Below are positions 12,699 to 26,467 of a stretch of DNA of 64,000 bases, in pieces. This stretch comes from Paragordius varius (taxonomy: Eukaryota > Animalia > Nematomorpha): the NCBI GenBank assembly GCA_964247055.1, contig OZ176058.1, positions 434,001 to 498,000 on the forward strand, written 5' to 3'. Under the pieces are notes generated by a model. That model saw only the letters and a list, made by a program, of their open reading frames with translations, ran no database searches and had not been told where the DNA came from. The translations under genes were made by a program, and so were the position numbers. Position 1 is the stretch's first letter, and the number at the start of each line of letters is the position of its first letter.

Positions 12699-13758
12699 TA
12701 TATAGTAGGCATTAAAATCTTTGCATATGCCAGAAACATAATGCAACATCTTTTCGATTCGCAAAAAAATCAAATGATTTAAAAGGGGGGTTTAAACTAA
12801 TAAAAGCTCGTAACCACTTCTTTGCACAGTATATACAGAGAATATATACAAAAATAAAAAGACTAATATATTTTTTCCAAAGACCACTATATATATTCAA
12901 GATTTATTGTAATAAATCTATCGTCTTGGTTGGCGAATTGGGAGCCAAAGATTTAAAATGTCCAATTCGTTAATTTAAATTTGTAGTTATATTATACATA
13001 TGGCAAGGTTAGAAAGTATGGATGTCTTTTAAAAAACTTATTGGTTTTTTAAATTATAAGTTATGTCCGTATATTTGCAATTTTACTGTATGTACTTTTG
13101 GACCTAGTTTAAATTTATTGAACCAAGAAGAATGCTACCCAAAAAGTAAAAACTGAAATTAAACAGAAGGATAAAACGTAAAAATATAAGACAAATTTTT
13201 TTATAAAAGACGATCATACTTTTTAAACCTTGATTTTTTTATATAACTCATTGGTTTAAAATGTAAAGTATAAAATACAGATGTTTACTAACACAACTAA
13301 TTCTATATTTTAAAAATCCTAACTTATATATGAAAAATAAAGGTTAAAAATAGTATGGTTGTCTATATTAAAATATTCTTTATATTTTTACATTTTGTCC
13401 TTATAATTTCAATATTTACTGTATATTAACGTGTTGCGAGTAATATCAGTATAAAAAAGTTGAAAAACTTGGAAAAAGGTTATATGGTAATCGTATGAGT
13501 TATACATTTTCATCGTAATGTTAATGCCAAGTTTATTTTTAGAAAATTATAATATTTTGCAAAACCTGATATATTGACAAAAACTAAAAGAGATTTTTTT
13601 TGTATTTCAAGATACAGTATGAGTAATATTGCTAGAAAGTTATTAATTATTGCCAAATAGCATAATCAGTAGCAAAGAGATTTATTATTCGCTAATAGGA
13701 ATAGTAAAAGATGAAAAATAACTAACCACCAATAATACAGCCCCCTATATGGCGATTA

Positions 13759-14068
13759 CAGTAAAAATGAAATTATACGGAAAGCAAAACTAAAAATATA
13801 AGTACAAATATTTTTCTCTAAAAGACAATTATATTTTTTTAATCTTTATTTTTTTCATATATATCTCAATGTTTTAAACTACAAAGTATATAATATATAT
13901 AAATGTAAATTGGTAACACAATCAAATATGTAAATTACGATTGTAATTAAATGACTTTTATAGAACAAAATTAAGGTTTTAAAAAGTATGATGGTTGTGT
14001 TCTTTTAAAAAAATATTTGTCTTTATATTTTTACATTTTGTCCATCTGCATAATTACAGTTTTTACTG
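13759..14068. mobile_element. MITE family A copy
   Basis: TA-flanked CAGT...ACTG with ~90-bp inverted arms. Confidence 0.8.
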
Positions 14069-14581
14069 TAATATTTTTCATTGCCTTAACTCCGTATAAA
14101 AGATTTTTTCTACATAATTTATGTTGAAAAAATTCGGGTCTTAAAAAAATGTTTTTTTACATTCTAATTGTAATTTCAATTTTAAGGGCAATTTTTTATC
14201 TTAAGATATTAATAAATAAGTGTAAAAAATAGCCAAAAATTTCGCCATTTAAAACCTGGCGTAAAAGACAGAAAGATATTTCGAAGAATATATTTTGATA
14301 CCAAATTGAATTCCCAAATAAGCGATAAATTTTTCAAAATTATATCTTTTATAACTCAGCCTGCTAACTATTGTTTTATAAGATATTAAAATATATAATT
14401 TAAATTGATAATATAAAAGTAAATTATAAAGATAATTATGCCATCTTAATAGTTTTAAATGTATATAATTTTTAAGGTTAAAGGTAAAGCATTTTTTTTG
14501 AAAATATAATTTGATCCTTAGTATTTCGATAACCCATATTATCAAATTATTATATGTATGTTTAAGGGTATTACCATTATA

Positions 14582-14867
14582 CAGTAAAAAATGAAATTAT
14601 ACGGACAAAACGTAAAAATATCAAGACAAATTTTATTTTTTTAAAATCCAACCGTACTTTTTTAAACGTTAATTTATCATATAAAGCATTTAATGACAAA
14701 TCGTAATATATTTCATTGTTTGAATCACCAATATATATTTCTATATTTGCAGTTAAAAAAATGAGTTTGATTTAAAATAATTTAGGTAAAAAATAGTAAA
14801 ATTGCCTTTTGAAAAAAAAATTGTCTTTATATTTTTACATTTTTCCGTATAATATTAATTTTTACTG
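14582..14867. mobile_element. MITE family A copy followed by (TA)n
   Basis: TA|CAGTAAAAAATGAAATTATACGGACAAAACG...CCGTATAATATTAATTTTTACTG. Confidence 0.8.
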
Positions 14868-14911
<44 letters not shown>

Positions 14912-15525
14912 TAATATACAGTCAATCCTCAATTCGTAAATACTTACTACGCATAAAACATTATAAATAATAAAATAATATTTGAGTTTAAGGCAAAAAC
15001 ATTACAAGAAAGTCGATTTTTTTTATACCATAGTCCTTTTACAATAATATGACCATGATTTAATACTTAGTTGTCATTGTTTAAGTATTTTAAACTACAG
15101 TTCAAATAAGTGCTTAACTTAAAATATATTCAATTATTTTTAGACGTGACAATTTGCAATATAACTATAAATTTGCTTGTAATTTAATCAAATTATTTTA
15201 AAACTATTTTTATTCCCACTTATTTACAGTAATTATAATTAAAATTTAAAATTAAAAAATAAAATTTACTATTTTCTTAAAGAAAAAAAAATTTTACCTA
15301 GTTTTTTTCTACAGTAAACTTTTCACTTTCGAATAATAATTAAGAATTACCAATATTCTTTTCACCCCCAAAAAATAGTTTATTGTCCCTTATTATAGGA
15401 AATGTGAGCATTGAAACACATATGTTACAAAACCACATCCATGGAATTTTCATTTTAATTTATATATTTATTCCAATTAATTGATTAAACATTATTAAAA
15501 CCAAATTATATGGGGTAGTATATAA

Positions 15526-15951
15526 ATTTACAGTTCAAATTAACCCTCGAACAATTCAAATTCACCCTTGAACAACTCAAATTCACCCTTGAACAATATT
15601 AATTCACCCTTAAACAATTCAAAGTCACCCTTGAACTATTCAAATTCACCTTTGAATAATTCGGATTCACCCTTAAAATAAATTATGTGTTTTCGAACTA
15701 ATATAACTCATTATTAATATGAAATATATCTTTATGGCATAATTTATTATTTTTTTAGTAATATTTTAATTTAAAACAAAATTTTTATTTTTTAAAAATA
15801 TATAAAATATAGGTAATTTTCTTAAAAAACATGTTATTTATTTGAGGGTGAATTTGAATTGTTCGAGGGTGAATTTGAATTGTTTAAGGGTGTTGAATTG
15901 TTCGAGGGAGAATTTGAATTGTTTAAGGGTGAAATTGAACTGTAAATGGTA
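15526..15951. mobile_element. Foldback-type MITE family B copy (TIRs built of 21-bp subrepeats)
   Basis: (TTCAAATTCACCCTTGAACAA)n left arm, ~170-bp core, (GGGTGAATTTGAATTGTTC)n right arm ending CTGTAAATGGTA. Confidence 0.85.
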
Positions 15952-16291
15952 TATTTAGCTAAATTTTTAGCCATAAAGTTTTATCAGCTATAAAAGATGG
16001 GGCTTGTAAATATCATTTTATATTATATAAGTTTTAAATTTCATTATTTTTTTTACAATGAAAAAATTTAAAAATAATGTGCAAAATTACCGATATAATA
16101 TTTTTCTTATAATTTGTTTTTCATTGATTTATTCAAAAAAATGTGTGAAATTACCTTTATAATATTTTTCTTATATTTTTTTTTACATTCAATTATTCAA
16201 AAATTATTTGAATTATATTACATATTCCGAATAATTTTTATTCCTCAGATGTAAAGATGCGTATTTTATTTCATTTTTATTTTTTGATATA

Positions 16292-16606
16292 TACCATTTA
16301 CAGTTCAAATTCACCCTCGAACAATTCAAATTCACCCTAATAATAAATTATGTGTTTTCGAACTAATATAACTCATTATTAATATGAAATATATGCTTAT
16401 GTCATAGTTTATTATTATTTTTCAGTGTTTTTTTAATTTAAAATTAATTTTTTATTTTTTAAAAATATATAAAATATATAGGTAATTTTTAATCTTAAAA
16501 AACATGTTATTTATTTGAGAGTGAATTTGAATTGTTCGAGGGTGAATTTGAATTGTTCAAGGGTAAATTTGAATTGTTCAAGGGTATATTTGAACTGTAA
16601 ATGGTA
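16292..16606. mobile_element. MITE family B copy (cleanest)
   Basis: TACCATTTACAGTTCAAAT...ATTTGAACTGTAAATGGTA perfect terminal inversion in a TA-rich site. Other copies at about 19697-20033, 20446-20710, 33300-33628, 34083-34395, 36117-36416, 36531-36805, 54064-54385 and 56400-56928. Confidence 0.9.
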
Positions 16607-18972
16607 TATATAATAAGTTTTTAGCCATAAAGTTATATCAGCTATAAAAAGATGGGGCAGTAAATATCATATTATTATATAAAGTTTTAAACTTCATATT
16701 TTTTTTACATTTAAAAATTAATCAAAAAAATGTTCGAAATTACCTTTATAATATTTTTCTTATAATTTTTTTTACATTTATTAAAAATTATTTGAAATAT
16801 ATTATATATTCCAAATCAAAATTCAGATGCGTATTTTATTTCATTTTTATTTATTGATTGATATATATACATTTATTTATCTATTGTTTTTTTGGGAGTT
16901 TAAATTTTTTGATTATTCTTTTTTGGTTGTGCCATTTAAATATTAGTTACTATATATTTTAGTGTTTATATTTTTATCTAATCAATTAACTTCCATTGTA
17001 CAATTATAAATATGCCATCTCTTTTACAAATAAGACAATAAAATGTATAAATATATTATATACAGTTAATCCTCATATTATAAATATATATTAAGCATAA
17101 AACATTATTTTATAATAAAATTAATTTTGAGTTAAAGGCAAAAACATTATAAAAAAGTTGAATTATTTCATCTTAAAATAATATGCCAATATTTTAAAAA
17201 TTAGCTGTTTTCGTGTAAGTAATTTATTATTGTTTGTTAAAATAATTATTTTAAAAATTTTTGATTTAGTAAAAAAGATTAATGATGTTTTAAAATGGAA
17301 AATCTAGTTTACACACTATGCTAACTTATATTTTAAAATTGTAATTAAAATTTTATAATTGATTTATTTTATTTTTAGATTAATTTAATCAGCAAATCAT
17401 ATTTTCAATAAATTTAAAATAAGTCAAACTATAAAATAAAAATGGTATAAATTATATTTAAATAACCTTTAATTATCCAATAACATTAAAACAATCAAGT
17501 ATTTATTTAAAACGACACTATATCTGATGGTTAAAATTAAGAATAGAAATAATGAAATAAATTTTACAGAAACTTGAAATTTATTATTGCACAAATTTTA
17601 TTAAATAATATTTAAATTTCATTTTAAAAAAAATGAGAAACTTGAATCTAATCCTACAAAGGAAGAAATGTCATTTTAAAATAAATTATTGATAGCAAGT
17701 ACAGTAAAACATCCAATTATACGTAAAAAACGTAAAAATATAAAGAAAAATGTTTTTACTAAAAGAAAACCATATTATATTATAATATTTCCCGTAATAA
17801 AACTACTTAATAACAATCTCAAAATTTATAATAAATTATGTTACCAATATACATATCTATTTTATACTTTGAAAATCAAAAACAATGAGTTAACACTTTG
17901 GTTGAAATTGGGGTATTTATACCCCAGACTAAATTTAAGTTGAAATTTTTAATAAAACTACTGTAAGAAACAAATTATAATTTATGCTTTTATCATGATA
18001 AAAATTATATAAATATGCCAAAATATCTTGATAATTTGTTTTTAAAAAAAGTTTTATCTCAAACTAGCTTTTATCTTAGCCTAATCCTAAAATTTTAGAT
18101 TTTTCGCATCAAAATTAATTACTTAGTATATTTTACTTTTTATAATCTCAATAAAGATTTATTGAACTGATATTTTCTTTCACTAAATTTTGACTAAATC
18201 GATCGTCTTTTATTTCATTGAGTTTTTTCGGAAAAATACTGTTAGGGATATTTGAAGTGACTTACTGTGAAACGATTATTTTTTAAGATAGTAGAAAATT
18301 ATACGAAACGTGAAAATATAAAGACAAATATTTTTTTTAATATAACCATACTTTTATTTTTGGATTGATTTAAAGATAAATCATTGTTTTAAACTACAAA
18401 GTATAATATAGAAACGTAAATTGGTAACACAATCAATTTTATATTTTACATTGTAATTAAGAAGCTTTATGAAAAACATTAAGGTTATAAAAAATAATGA
18501 GGACTTTAGACAAAAATATTTGTTTTTCTATTTTTACGTTTTGTCCGTATAATTTTATTTTTTACTGTAATTTCCATGCACTCTCATATACTTTAATTTC
18601 AAGTAATAAAAATTCCGTAATCAGTAAAATGGATTTTTTAAAAATTCTATTCAAAACAAACTATATTTGTATATTCATTAATTATTTTGATATAATAGCC
18701 TAAATATTCAGTTTCGTAATATATAATTGGTGAGATATTCGTTTTTACAGACCATCGCTTAAAATATATAGCTTATATCGAAAAATTATTTAACTCTAAT
18801 TTATTATTTAATTTTTAATATTTTATATTTCTTATTTAATTATTAATTTATTTTTTTATTTTATTTAAGTTTTTTATTTTTATTTTATTATATTTTAATA
18901 GTATTTTATTAATAATTTAATTATTTTTTTGGTTCAAGTATGGTGTAAGAATATGTATCCCTTGCCTTTTTA

Positions 18973-19454
18973 CAGTAAAAAGTGATATTATACGGACAAA
19001 ACTTAAAAATATAAAGACAAATATTTTCTCAAAGACAACCATACTTTTAGAAACTTAATATTTCAAAATATAATTTATTGTTTCAAACGATATTTTATGG
19101 GTCGGTATATTTAATATCATGTTATAATCCTTTTATAAATTACTAAATTAAATTTCTTTAGTTTTCTATTATTTGATTGCAAATATGCCATCTTTTTACA
19201 AAGAGGCAACAAAAAGGATAAAAAAATTTTAGGGGCCAAAAATAAGACAAATATTTTTTTCTAAAAAACAACCAAACATTTTTAAACCTTAATTATTTCA
19301 AATATAACCATTGTTTTGACTGCAAAAGAGAATTACATATTTTTACGATTGTAATAATTTATATGAGAAAAATAAAGGCTTAAAAAAGTATGGTTGTTTT
19401 ATAAAAATTTTGTCTTCATATTTTAACATTTTGTCAGTATTTCAATTTTTACTG
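18973..19454. mobile_element. MITE family A copy with internal insertion
   Basis: TA|CAGTAAAAAGTGATATTATACGGAC...TTCAATTTTTACTG|TA; longer than the ~300-bp typical copy. Confidence 0.7.
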
Positions 19455-19458
19455 TATA

Positions 19459-19505
<47 letters not shown>

Positions 19506-19696
19506 AATCCTCATTTTATGAATACATAATACGCATAAAATATTATAATTTATAAAATTTTTGAGTTTAAGGCAAAGACATTACAAGAAAGTTGATTAAT
19601 TTCTATACCATAGTCCTTAATAATATGACCATGATTTAATATACTTAGCTGTCATTGTTTTATTATTATTAAATTAGGTGCTTAGCTTACAATATA

Positions 19697-20033
19697 TACC
19701 TTTTACAATTCAATTCACCATTAATCAATTCAAATTCACCCTTTAAATCAAATTCACTTTCAATTAATATATATGTTTTTTAAGTTAAAAATTACCTATA
19801 TTTTTGTAAAATAAAAATTTTGTTTTCACTCAAAAATACTGAAAATATAATAAACTGTGCCCTAAAAATATATTTCATATTAATAATGAGTTAGATTAGT
19901 TCGAAAACACATAATTTATTTTTAGGATGAGTTTGATTTGTTCAAGGGTGAATTTGAATTGTTCGAGGGTGAATTTGAATTGTTCAAGGGTGAATTTAAA
20001 TTGATCAAGGGTGAATTTGAACTGTAAACGGTA
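19697..20033. mobile_element. MITE family B copy with identifiable empty paralogous site
   Basis: Flanks CTTAGCTTACAATATATA-cc...gg-TATATATTC versus empty site CTTAGCTTACAATATATATTCAATT at about 35699. Confidence 0.85.
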
Positions 20034-20864
20034 TATATTCAAATATTTTTAGATGTGACAATTTGCTATAACTATAAATTTGCTTGAAATTTAAAGCTCA
20101 GTTTATTTACAGTAATTATAATTAAAATATAAATTAAAAAATAAAATCTACTATTTTCTAAAGATAACAATATTTTTAACTAGTTTTTTCTACAGAGAAT
20201 TTTTCACTTTCGAATAATTAAGAGTTATATATTTTTTTCCCCCAAAAAATAGCTTATTGTCCCTTATAAAAAATATGTATTGATATATATATGTAACAAA
20301 ACCACATCCATGGAATTTTCATTTTCATTTAGATATTTCTAATTAACAGTTAAACATTTTTAAAACCAAATTATAAGAGGTAGTATTTAAAAATTAAGCT
20401 AAATTTTTAGCCTTAAAGTTATCAGCTATAAAGATGCTGTAAATATACCATTTACAATTCAAGTTCACCCTTGAACAATTCAAATTCTCCCCTAACTAAA
20501 ATATATGTTTTTTGAGATTAAAAATTACCAATTATATCTATATATTTTTAGAAAAATTTTTTGTATTAAATTAAAATAATACTGAAAAAATAAATAACTA
20601 TGCCATAAAGATTTATTTCATACTATAATGAGTTATATTAGTTCGAAAACACTTAATTTATTTTTAGGGTGATTCGATAATTTTTCGAGGGTGAATTTGA
20701 ATTGTTCAAGAATATATTTAAATTTAAAAAAATCTTTAAAGTTTCGATAAATACTTTTGCACTAAGATATACAATATTTCATATATAAAATATTTATTGG
20801 TTTTATTCAAAAATAAAAATATTAAAAAATAAAATTTATATAAAATTATTTAATTTTTTTTTAG

Positions 20865-20928
20865 TCTCTCTTGAGTGTTCCACTTCATATGTTTCGACTA
20901 TGGGCTTTTTTTTGGAATGCTTATGCAA
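20865..20928 (+). pseudogene. DGAT1: DGAT1 penultimate exon (copy 2), carrying +1 T in a T8 run and Ser at the conserved Tyr position
   Basis: tttttag|TCT CTC TTG AGT GTT CCA CTT CAT ATG TTT CGA CTA TGG GCT TTT TTT (T) GGA ATG CTT ATG CAA|gtaagt = SLLSVPLHMFRLWAFFGMLMQ versus human [21 protein letters not shown]. It is 64 nt rather than 63. Could be an assembly homopolymer error. Confidence 0.8.
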
Positions 20929-21119
20929 GTAAGTTTTATATTTAATTAATTTTTTTTATTGTTTTCTAAAAAACTTTTTGTTAATATCCATAAATAAAAA
21001 ATTAAATTATTCTTCTCAAACCATTTTGCATTAACACCATATTTTATATATAAAAAATTTTAGAATCAAAAAACGTCAAAAATATTTTTTTTATTAAAAA
21101 CAAAAACCATTTGTCTTTA

Positions 21120-21380
21120 CAGTAAAAATTGAAATTATACGGAAAATTTTTTTTTCAAAAGACAACCATACTTTTTAAAACCTGAATTTATTATATAAAA
21201 AACATTAAATTACAATCAAAAATATATAATTGATTGTGTTACCAATTGACATTTCTATATTATACTTTGTACTTTAAAACAATGAGTTATATTAAAAAAA
21301 ATTAAGAGATATATAAAAGTATGGTTGTCTTAAAAAAATATATTCATCTTTATATTTTTAAGGTTTGTCCATAGTTACTG
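21120..21380. mobile_element. MITE family A copy in the last DGAT1 intron
   Basis: TA|CAGTAAAAATTGAAATTATACGGA...GTTTGTCCATAGTTACTG|TA. Confidence 0.75.
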
Positions 21381-21550
21381 TATGCTGTTTAATGCTTAGT
21401 TAAAATGTTATATATATCGTGTAACTTTAGTTACAAATATACCTTACTATATTTATTATATTTAACCAAATTATATTATAAAAATACTTTTATATCTTAG
21501 ACTTTTTTTAAGTTTTTCTTTAGTTTAAAATTTTTTTTTACATAAAATAG

Positions 21551-21876
21551 GTCTTATTGGCATACATTGTTTCAACTTATCTCAAGGGTTAAATATTCTC
21601 AAGGGTTCAAAAACTATGGTTTTATTTGCAAAAAAAATGTGTTTTACTTTCTTTTTACAAATATTTTAATAAATGCTTTAAAGTTCCACAAAAAATTCAC
21701 TCTATTTTCAAACAATTGAAAATTATATTAATATTTATGTAATTAAATAATTTTTAAATGTAATTATTTAAAAAATTTTTTTTTATAAAAAATAGGTTCC
21801 TTTGGCATACATTGTTTCAACTTATCTCAAGGGTTTAATATTCTTAAGGGTTCAAAAACTATGGTTTTATCTGTAA
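21551..21876 (+). pseudogene. Two acceptor-intact truncated decoys of the DGAT1 terminal exon (21551-21592, 21796-21876)
   Basis: AG|[13 protein letters not shown] and AG|[26 protein letters not shown]; both are in frame with the real exon for about 13 codons, then stop. Confidence 0.85.
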
Positions 21877-22008
21877 AAAATACTCTATTTTCGAAATTAA
21901 CTCTTTTTCAATATTATAATATTCATATAATTAAGTTATTTTAAAGTAATTATCAAAATAATTTCAACTCTTATCAAAAAAATTTTTTAAATTAAATTTC
22001 CATCATAG

Positions 22009-22155
22009 GTTCCTTTAGCATACATTGTTTCAACATATCTCAAAGGTGGTCAATGGGGTAATATTCTGGTTTGGTTAAGTCTTATCCTAGGTCAACCAAT
22101 TTGTATTCTCATGTATTTCCATGATTATTACATACTCAACATGGTTAAAAATTGA
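22009..22155 (+). CDS. DGAT1: DGAT1 terminal coding exon (copy 2)
   Basis: catcatag| [48 protein letters not shown]; open frame, phase 0. Confidence 0.88.
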   Translation, partial: VPLAYIVSTYLKGGQWGNILVWLSLILGQPICILMYFHDYYILNMVKN

Positions 22156-24150
22156 TTGAAAAATCAGCTGATCTGCATACAAAAATATTAAAACAATGTT
22201 GATAACAGCTAAGAAATTAATCTAATGTTAAAAACAGCTAAGAAATTTATCTAATGTGAATTTCATTCAGACCCTTTAAAAATTTACATTGCAATTAACA
22301 AAATGAAAATCAGTTGATCTGGAAACAATATTAAAACCAATTTGTATTCTCATGTATTTCCATGATTATTACATTCTCAACATGGTTAAATAATTGAAAA
22401 AACAGCTGATCTGCATATACAAAATTTAGAATTTACTCACTAACAAGGAATGTTAAAAACAGCTAAGAAATTTATCTAATGTGGGCATATGTGTAAATTT
22501 ATGACCCCATAATTATATCAGACCTTTAAAATTTATTTTAAAGTCATTGCAATTAATAAAATAATTCAAAAAAAACAACTGATCTGGATAAAATTCCACA
22601 ATAAATTCGCATATTCTCATGTATTTCCATGATTATTACATTCTGAACATGTACAACAATGTTAAATAATTGAAAAATCAGCTGATCTGCATACAAAATA
22701 ATGTTAAAAACAGTTAAGAAATTAATCTAATATGGATATATATAGGCGTGTAAATTTTCGACCATCTAATTTTATAACACCTTTCAATTAAAACAAGGAA
22801 TCAAAAAAAATCAACTGATCTGGAAACAATTCCAAAACCAATTTGTATCCTCATGTATTTCCATGATTATTACATTCTCAACATGTATAAAAATTGAAAA
22901 AATCAGCTGATCTGCATCAAAAATATAGAATTCATCCAAACTATGAATGTTAAAAACAGCTAAAAAAATTTGTAAATTTATGACTATATATTTTTAAAGA
23001 CCTTTGAAAATTCATTTTACGAGTTATTGCTCTTAAAAACAATCAAAAATCGGATCTGGATAAAAATATATTACCGATTTCTTGTATTTCCATGATTATT
23101 ACATTCTCAACATGGTTAAATAATGATTGAAATCAGCTGATCTGCCTATACAAAAGTATTAAATTCACCCAAACAAGGATTTCAAACAACTAACAAATTT
23201 ACCATCTAGTTACCCTTAAATTATGGAGTTCTTGCACGTATAAAATGGAAAAATCATCTGATCTGGATTAAATTTTAAAATTTACTTACACATTTTCTGT
23301 ATTTCCATGATTATTACATTCTCAACATGTACAACAATGTTATATAATTGAAAAATCAGCTGATCTGCATACAAAAATATTGAATTCACCCAAAGAATGA
23401 ATGTTAAAAACAATTCATTTAATGAGGACATATTTTATATATCCCTTAAAAATTTATTTTGGAGTTATTACACGTAAAAACAATGAAAGAAAAAAGAAAA
23501 TCAGCTGATCTGGAAAAAATTTTACAATAAAATCGCATATTCTCATGTATTTCCATGATTATTACATTCTCAATATGAATAAAAACAACTAAAAATTGTT
23601 TAAAACAGTTGAAAAATCAGATCTGCAACAAAAATTCAAAATTTACCCACTAACAAATGTTAAAAACAGCTAAGAAATTGTAAATATTCGACCATATAAT
23701 CTTATAGGACCCTTAAAAATTTATTTTAAAGTCATTGCTAAACAATCGAAAAAGAGAATCAGCTGATCTGGATATAATTTCCAAAATAACTGACATATTC
23801 CGATGATCTACATTCTCAACATGAATAAAAACTAAAAACAGTGTAGAAAAATCAGCTGATCTGCATATACAAAAATATTAAATTCCCTCAAACAATGTAA
23901 ACAGCTAAGAGATTTACCATCTAGTTTTATAAAACCCTTAAATTATGGGGTCATTGCAATTTAAAACCAAAATATACTTACACATTTTCATTTATCTAAT
24001 ATGGGCATATGTGTAAATTTATGACCATTTTAATTTTATAAGACCCTTGAAATTGGATTGAAAAAAAAACCTGGATAGAATTCCAAAATAAATTCGAAAA
24101 TTTTCATAATATTACATTCTAAACATGTATACAACAATGTTGAAAATGTT
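22156..24150 (+). repeat. Exon-derived satellite array 2, about 8 units (degenerate tail to about 25620)
   Basis: Same [11 protein letters not shown]-encoding core at about 22360, 22628, 22861, 23089, 23305, 23552, 23800 and 24105, with CAGCTGATCT motifs. Confidence 0.9.
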
Positions 24151-26163
24151 GGAAAAATCAGCTGATATGAATAATAATTTCCAAATAATACGTCAATGTC
24201 ACATATTCTATACAATATTCAAATTATTACATTCGAAACATAAAATAACCCTAAAAATGTCTGAAATATTTAAAAAAATCAGCTGATATGGATAATATCT
24301 AAAAAAAAAAAATTAAATTTGATACTTGAATATAAAGTTAAAAAATAAAAACAGCTGATCTGGAGAGAGAATTAACTACTTATCAATATCAAACTAGTTT
24401 TACTCGAGCAATTTTGATTGAATAGATAATAATATACAATAAAGGCCTTAAAAACTACTGATTTTTGGGAAAATATGAAAACCATCACATTAACTTGTCA
24501 ATTATTTTCATAATTATTACATATTCTTGACATGCAAAAAAGTTTAGAAACTAAAAAACAGCTGATACTGATAATAATTCGAAAAAAAACATTAACCTAG
24601 ATTACTGATTTTCTCAAAATAACGCAAAAGAAAAAACAGCTGATCTGGATAGAAAAATTTAGAAAAAATTTGTTTTACCTACATATCCTCATACACCTTC
24701 ATGATTATTACATTTACAACGTGGACAATTATCACAAAAATATATAAAACAATTAAAATATCAGCTGATATGGATAAAAATTTTAAAACAAATATACGTT
24801 TTCATCACCATAAATAGTAATGCAAAAAAAGGATTATTTGATAAAAAGTTTACTGCAAATATGGTAAATTTACTCTAAAAAGAAGTAATCAGCTGATATT
24901 AATCAAAAATTCTAAAGATGACGTTTATCCACCATTAGATTACATAATTTTTTATGATTCCCTTTTAGAAAATTCAAATTATTCAACAATTAAACACAGC
25001 TTGAAAAAAACAGCTGATATGGATAAAATTTTAACAAAAATGCACGTTTTCATTACCATAAATAGTAATGCAAAAAAAGGATTATTTGAAAAAAATTTGC
25101 TAAAAATATGTTTTTATTACTCTAAAAAGAAACAATCAGCTGATCTTCAAAAATTTAGTATACATCTTTGCACCATCAGATTACATAATTTTTCATGACG
25201 ACCTTTTAGAAAATTCATAAATATTAAACAATCAAACATAGTTTGAATAAAAAATCAGTTGATATAGATAAAATTTTAAAAATGGTAAAATTTGTTAAAT
25301 TCAAGAATTGAGATACATAGACTACATTTAAAGTCATTACTAAAGAATGCAAAAAGGAAAATTAATTTTCTTGCAAAACAATCCTCAAAAATACGTTACT
25401 TTTGACCTAATTATTACATATTCTTTACATATGAACAAAAAAAGATTAATAATAATAGACACTTCAAAGAAAACAGCTGATCTGGATGATTTTATAAAAT
25501 ATTGGTTAATTGAACCAAAAAGATTGCAATATATTTATAAAAGCTAAAATTTTTATATTTTCGAATCATTACTCACGCAAAAAAAGAGAATATTATCAGC
25601 TGTTGGAAAAAATTCATAAATGAATTATTTTACCCACATTATTTAATCAAATATTTTTAATCTCGATGGTGTCTTTCATATATATTATATATAAAATATT
25701 TTTTTAAATTTTTAATCTCGATAACATATTATATATAAATTAAATAAATATATTTATATTTTAATGGCAATATGAATTGACAATTGTTAATCTACAATAT
25801 TTATATGCATATTTGTGCATCGCAGACGTAATAATAAATAAATTAATATATATATTTTAAAAAAATTTTAATATATTAAATATTTTCAATTATTTTTCAA
25901 ATAGAATTCTTTTTTTGAGGCATTGATTGGGTAACATGTATAATATTATACAGTAGCATTCGATATTATACGGACAAAACGTAAAAATATAAAGACAAAT
26001 ATTTTTTTCTAAAGGCAATTATACTTTTTAAAACCTTTAATTCTCGTATATAAATACTCTAATTAAAATTGAAAATATGTAATTGATTGTATTACCAACT
26101 ACCTCTCTATTCCATATTTTGTCATTCAAAACAATGAGTTTTATTTAAATAAATAAGTTTATA

Positions 26164-26467
26164 CAGTAAAAATTGAAAATTTACGAACAAAACGTGAAAA
26201 ATAAAGAAATATATTTTTTTCTAAAATACAACCATACTCTTTTAATCTTGATATTTTTAAGTATTACTCATTGTTTTAAACTAAAAAGTATATAATAACG
26301 AAATGTTAATTGGTAACACAATCCATTATATATTTTACGAATGTAATTTAATGTTTTTTATAAGATAAATTAAGGTTTTAAAAAGTATGGTGGTTGTCTT
26401 TTAGAAAAAAAATATTTCTCTTTATATTTTTACATTTTGTCCTCACGTTTAATTTTGATTTTTACTG
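26164..26467. mobile_element. MITE family A reference copy (304 bp, ~90-bp TIRs, TA flanks, Tc1/mariner-like ends); about 40-45 related copies or arms in the window
   Basis: TA|CAGTAAAAATTGAAAATTTACGAACAAAACGTG...CTCACGTTTAATTTTGATTTTTACTG|TA; no ORF. Copy number was counted by eye from left-arm motifs. Confidence 0.88.

Larger units (their letters stand above)
14917..17960 (+). repeat. Composite X-Y module (starts CAGTCAATCCTCA); paralogs at about 19500-20710, 33095-35500 and 35525-38110
   Basis: Shared blocks GAGTTTAAGGCAAAAACATTACAAGAAAGT, TGACCATGATTTAATACTTAG, CATCCATGGAATTTTCA, AAGATGCGTATTTTATTTCA and AATCAGCAAATCATATTTTC occur in the same order in the copies. Confidence 0.8.

Noticed and set aside
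12712-12975. GC-richer island and minus ORF CAKKWLRAF...; plus-strand IVLVGELG
   Set aside because: No recognisable family or consistent splice signals; needs a homology search.
13610-13755. Hydrophobic minus-strand reading GAVLLVVSYFSSF...
   Set aside because: Multiple stops and no family match.
22800-22860. CAG in the satellite CAGCTG acting as acceptor for mini terminal exons
   Set aside because: No polypyrimidine tract, and the resulting frame does not match DGAT1.
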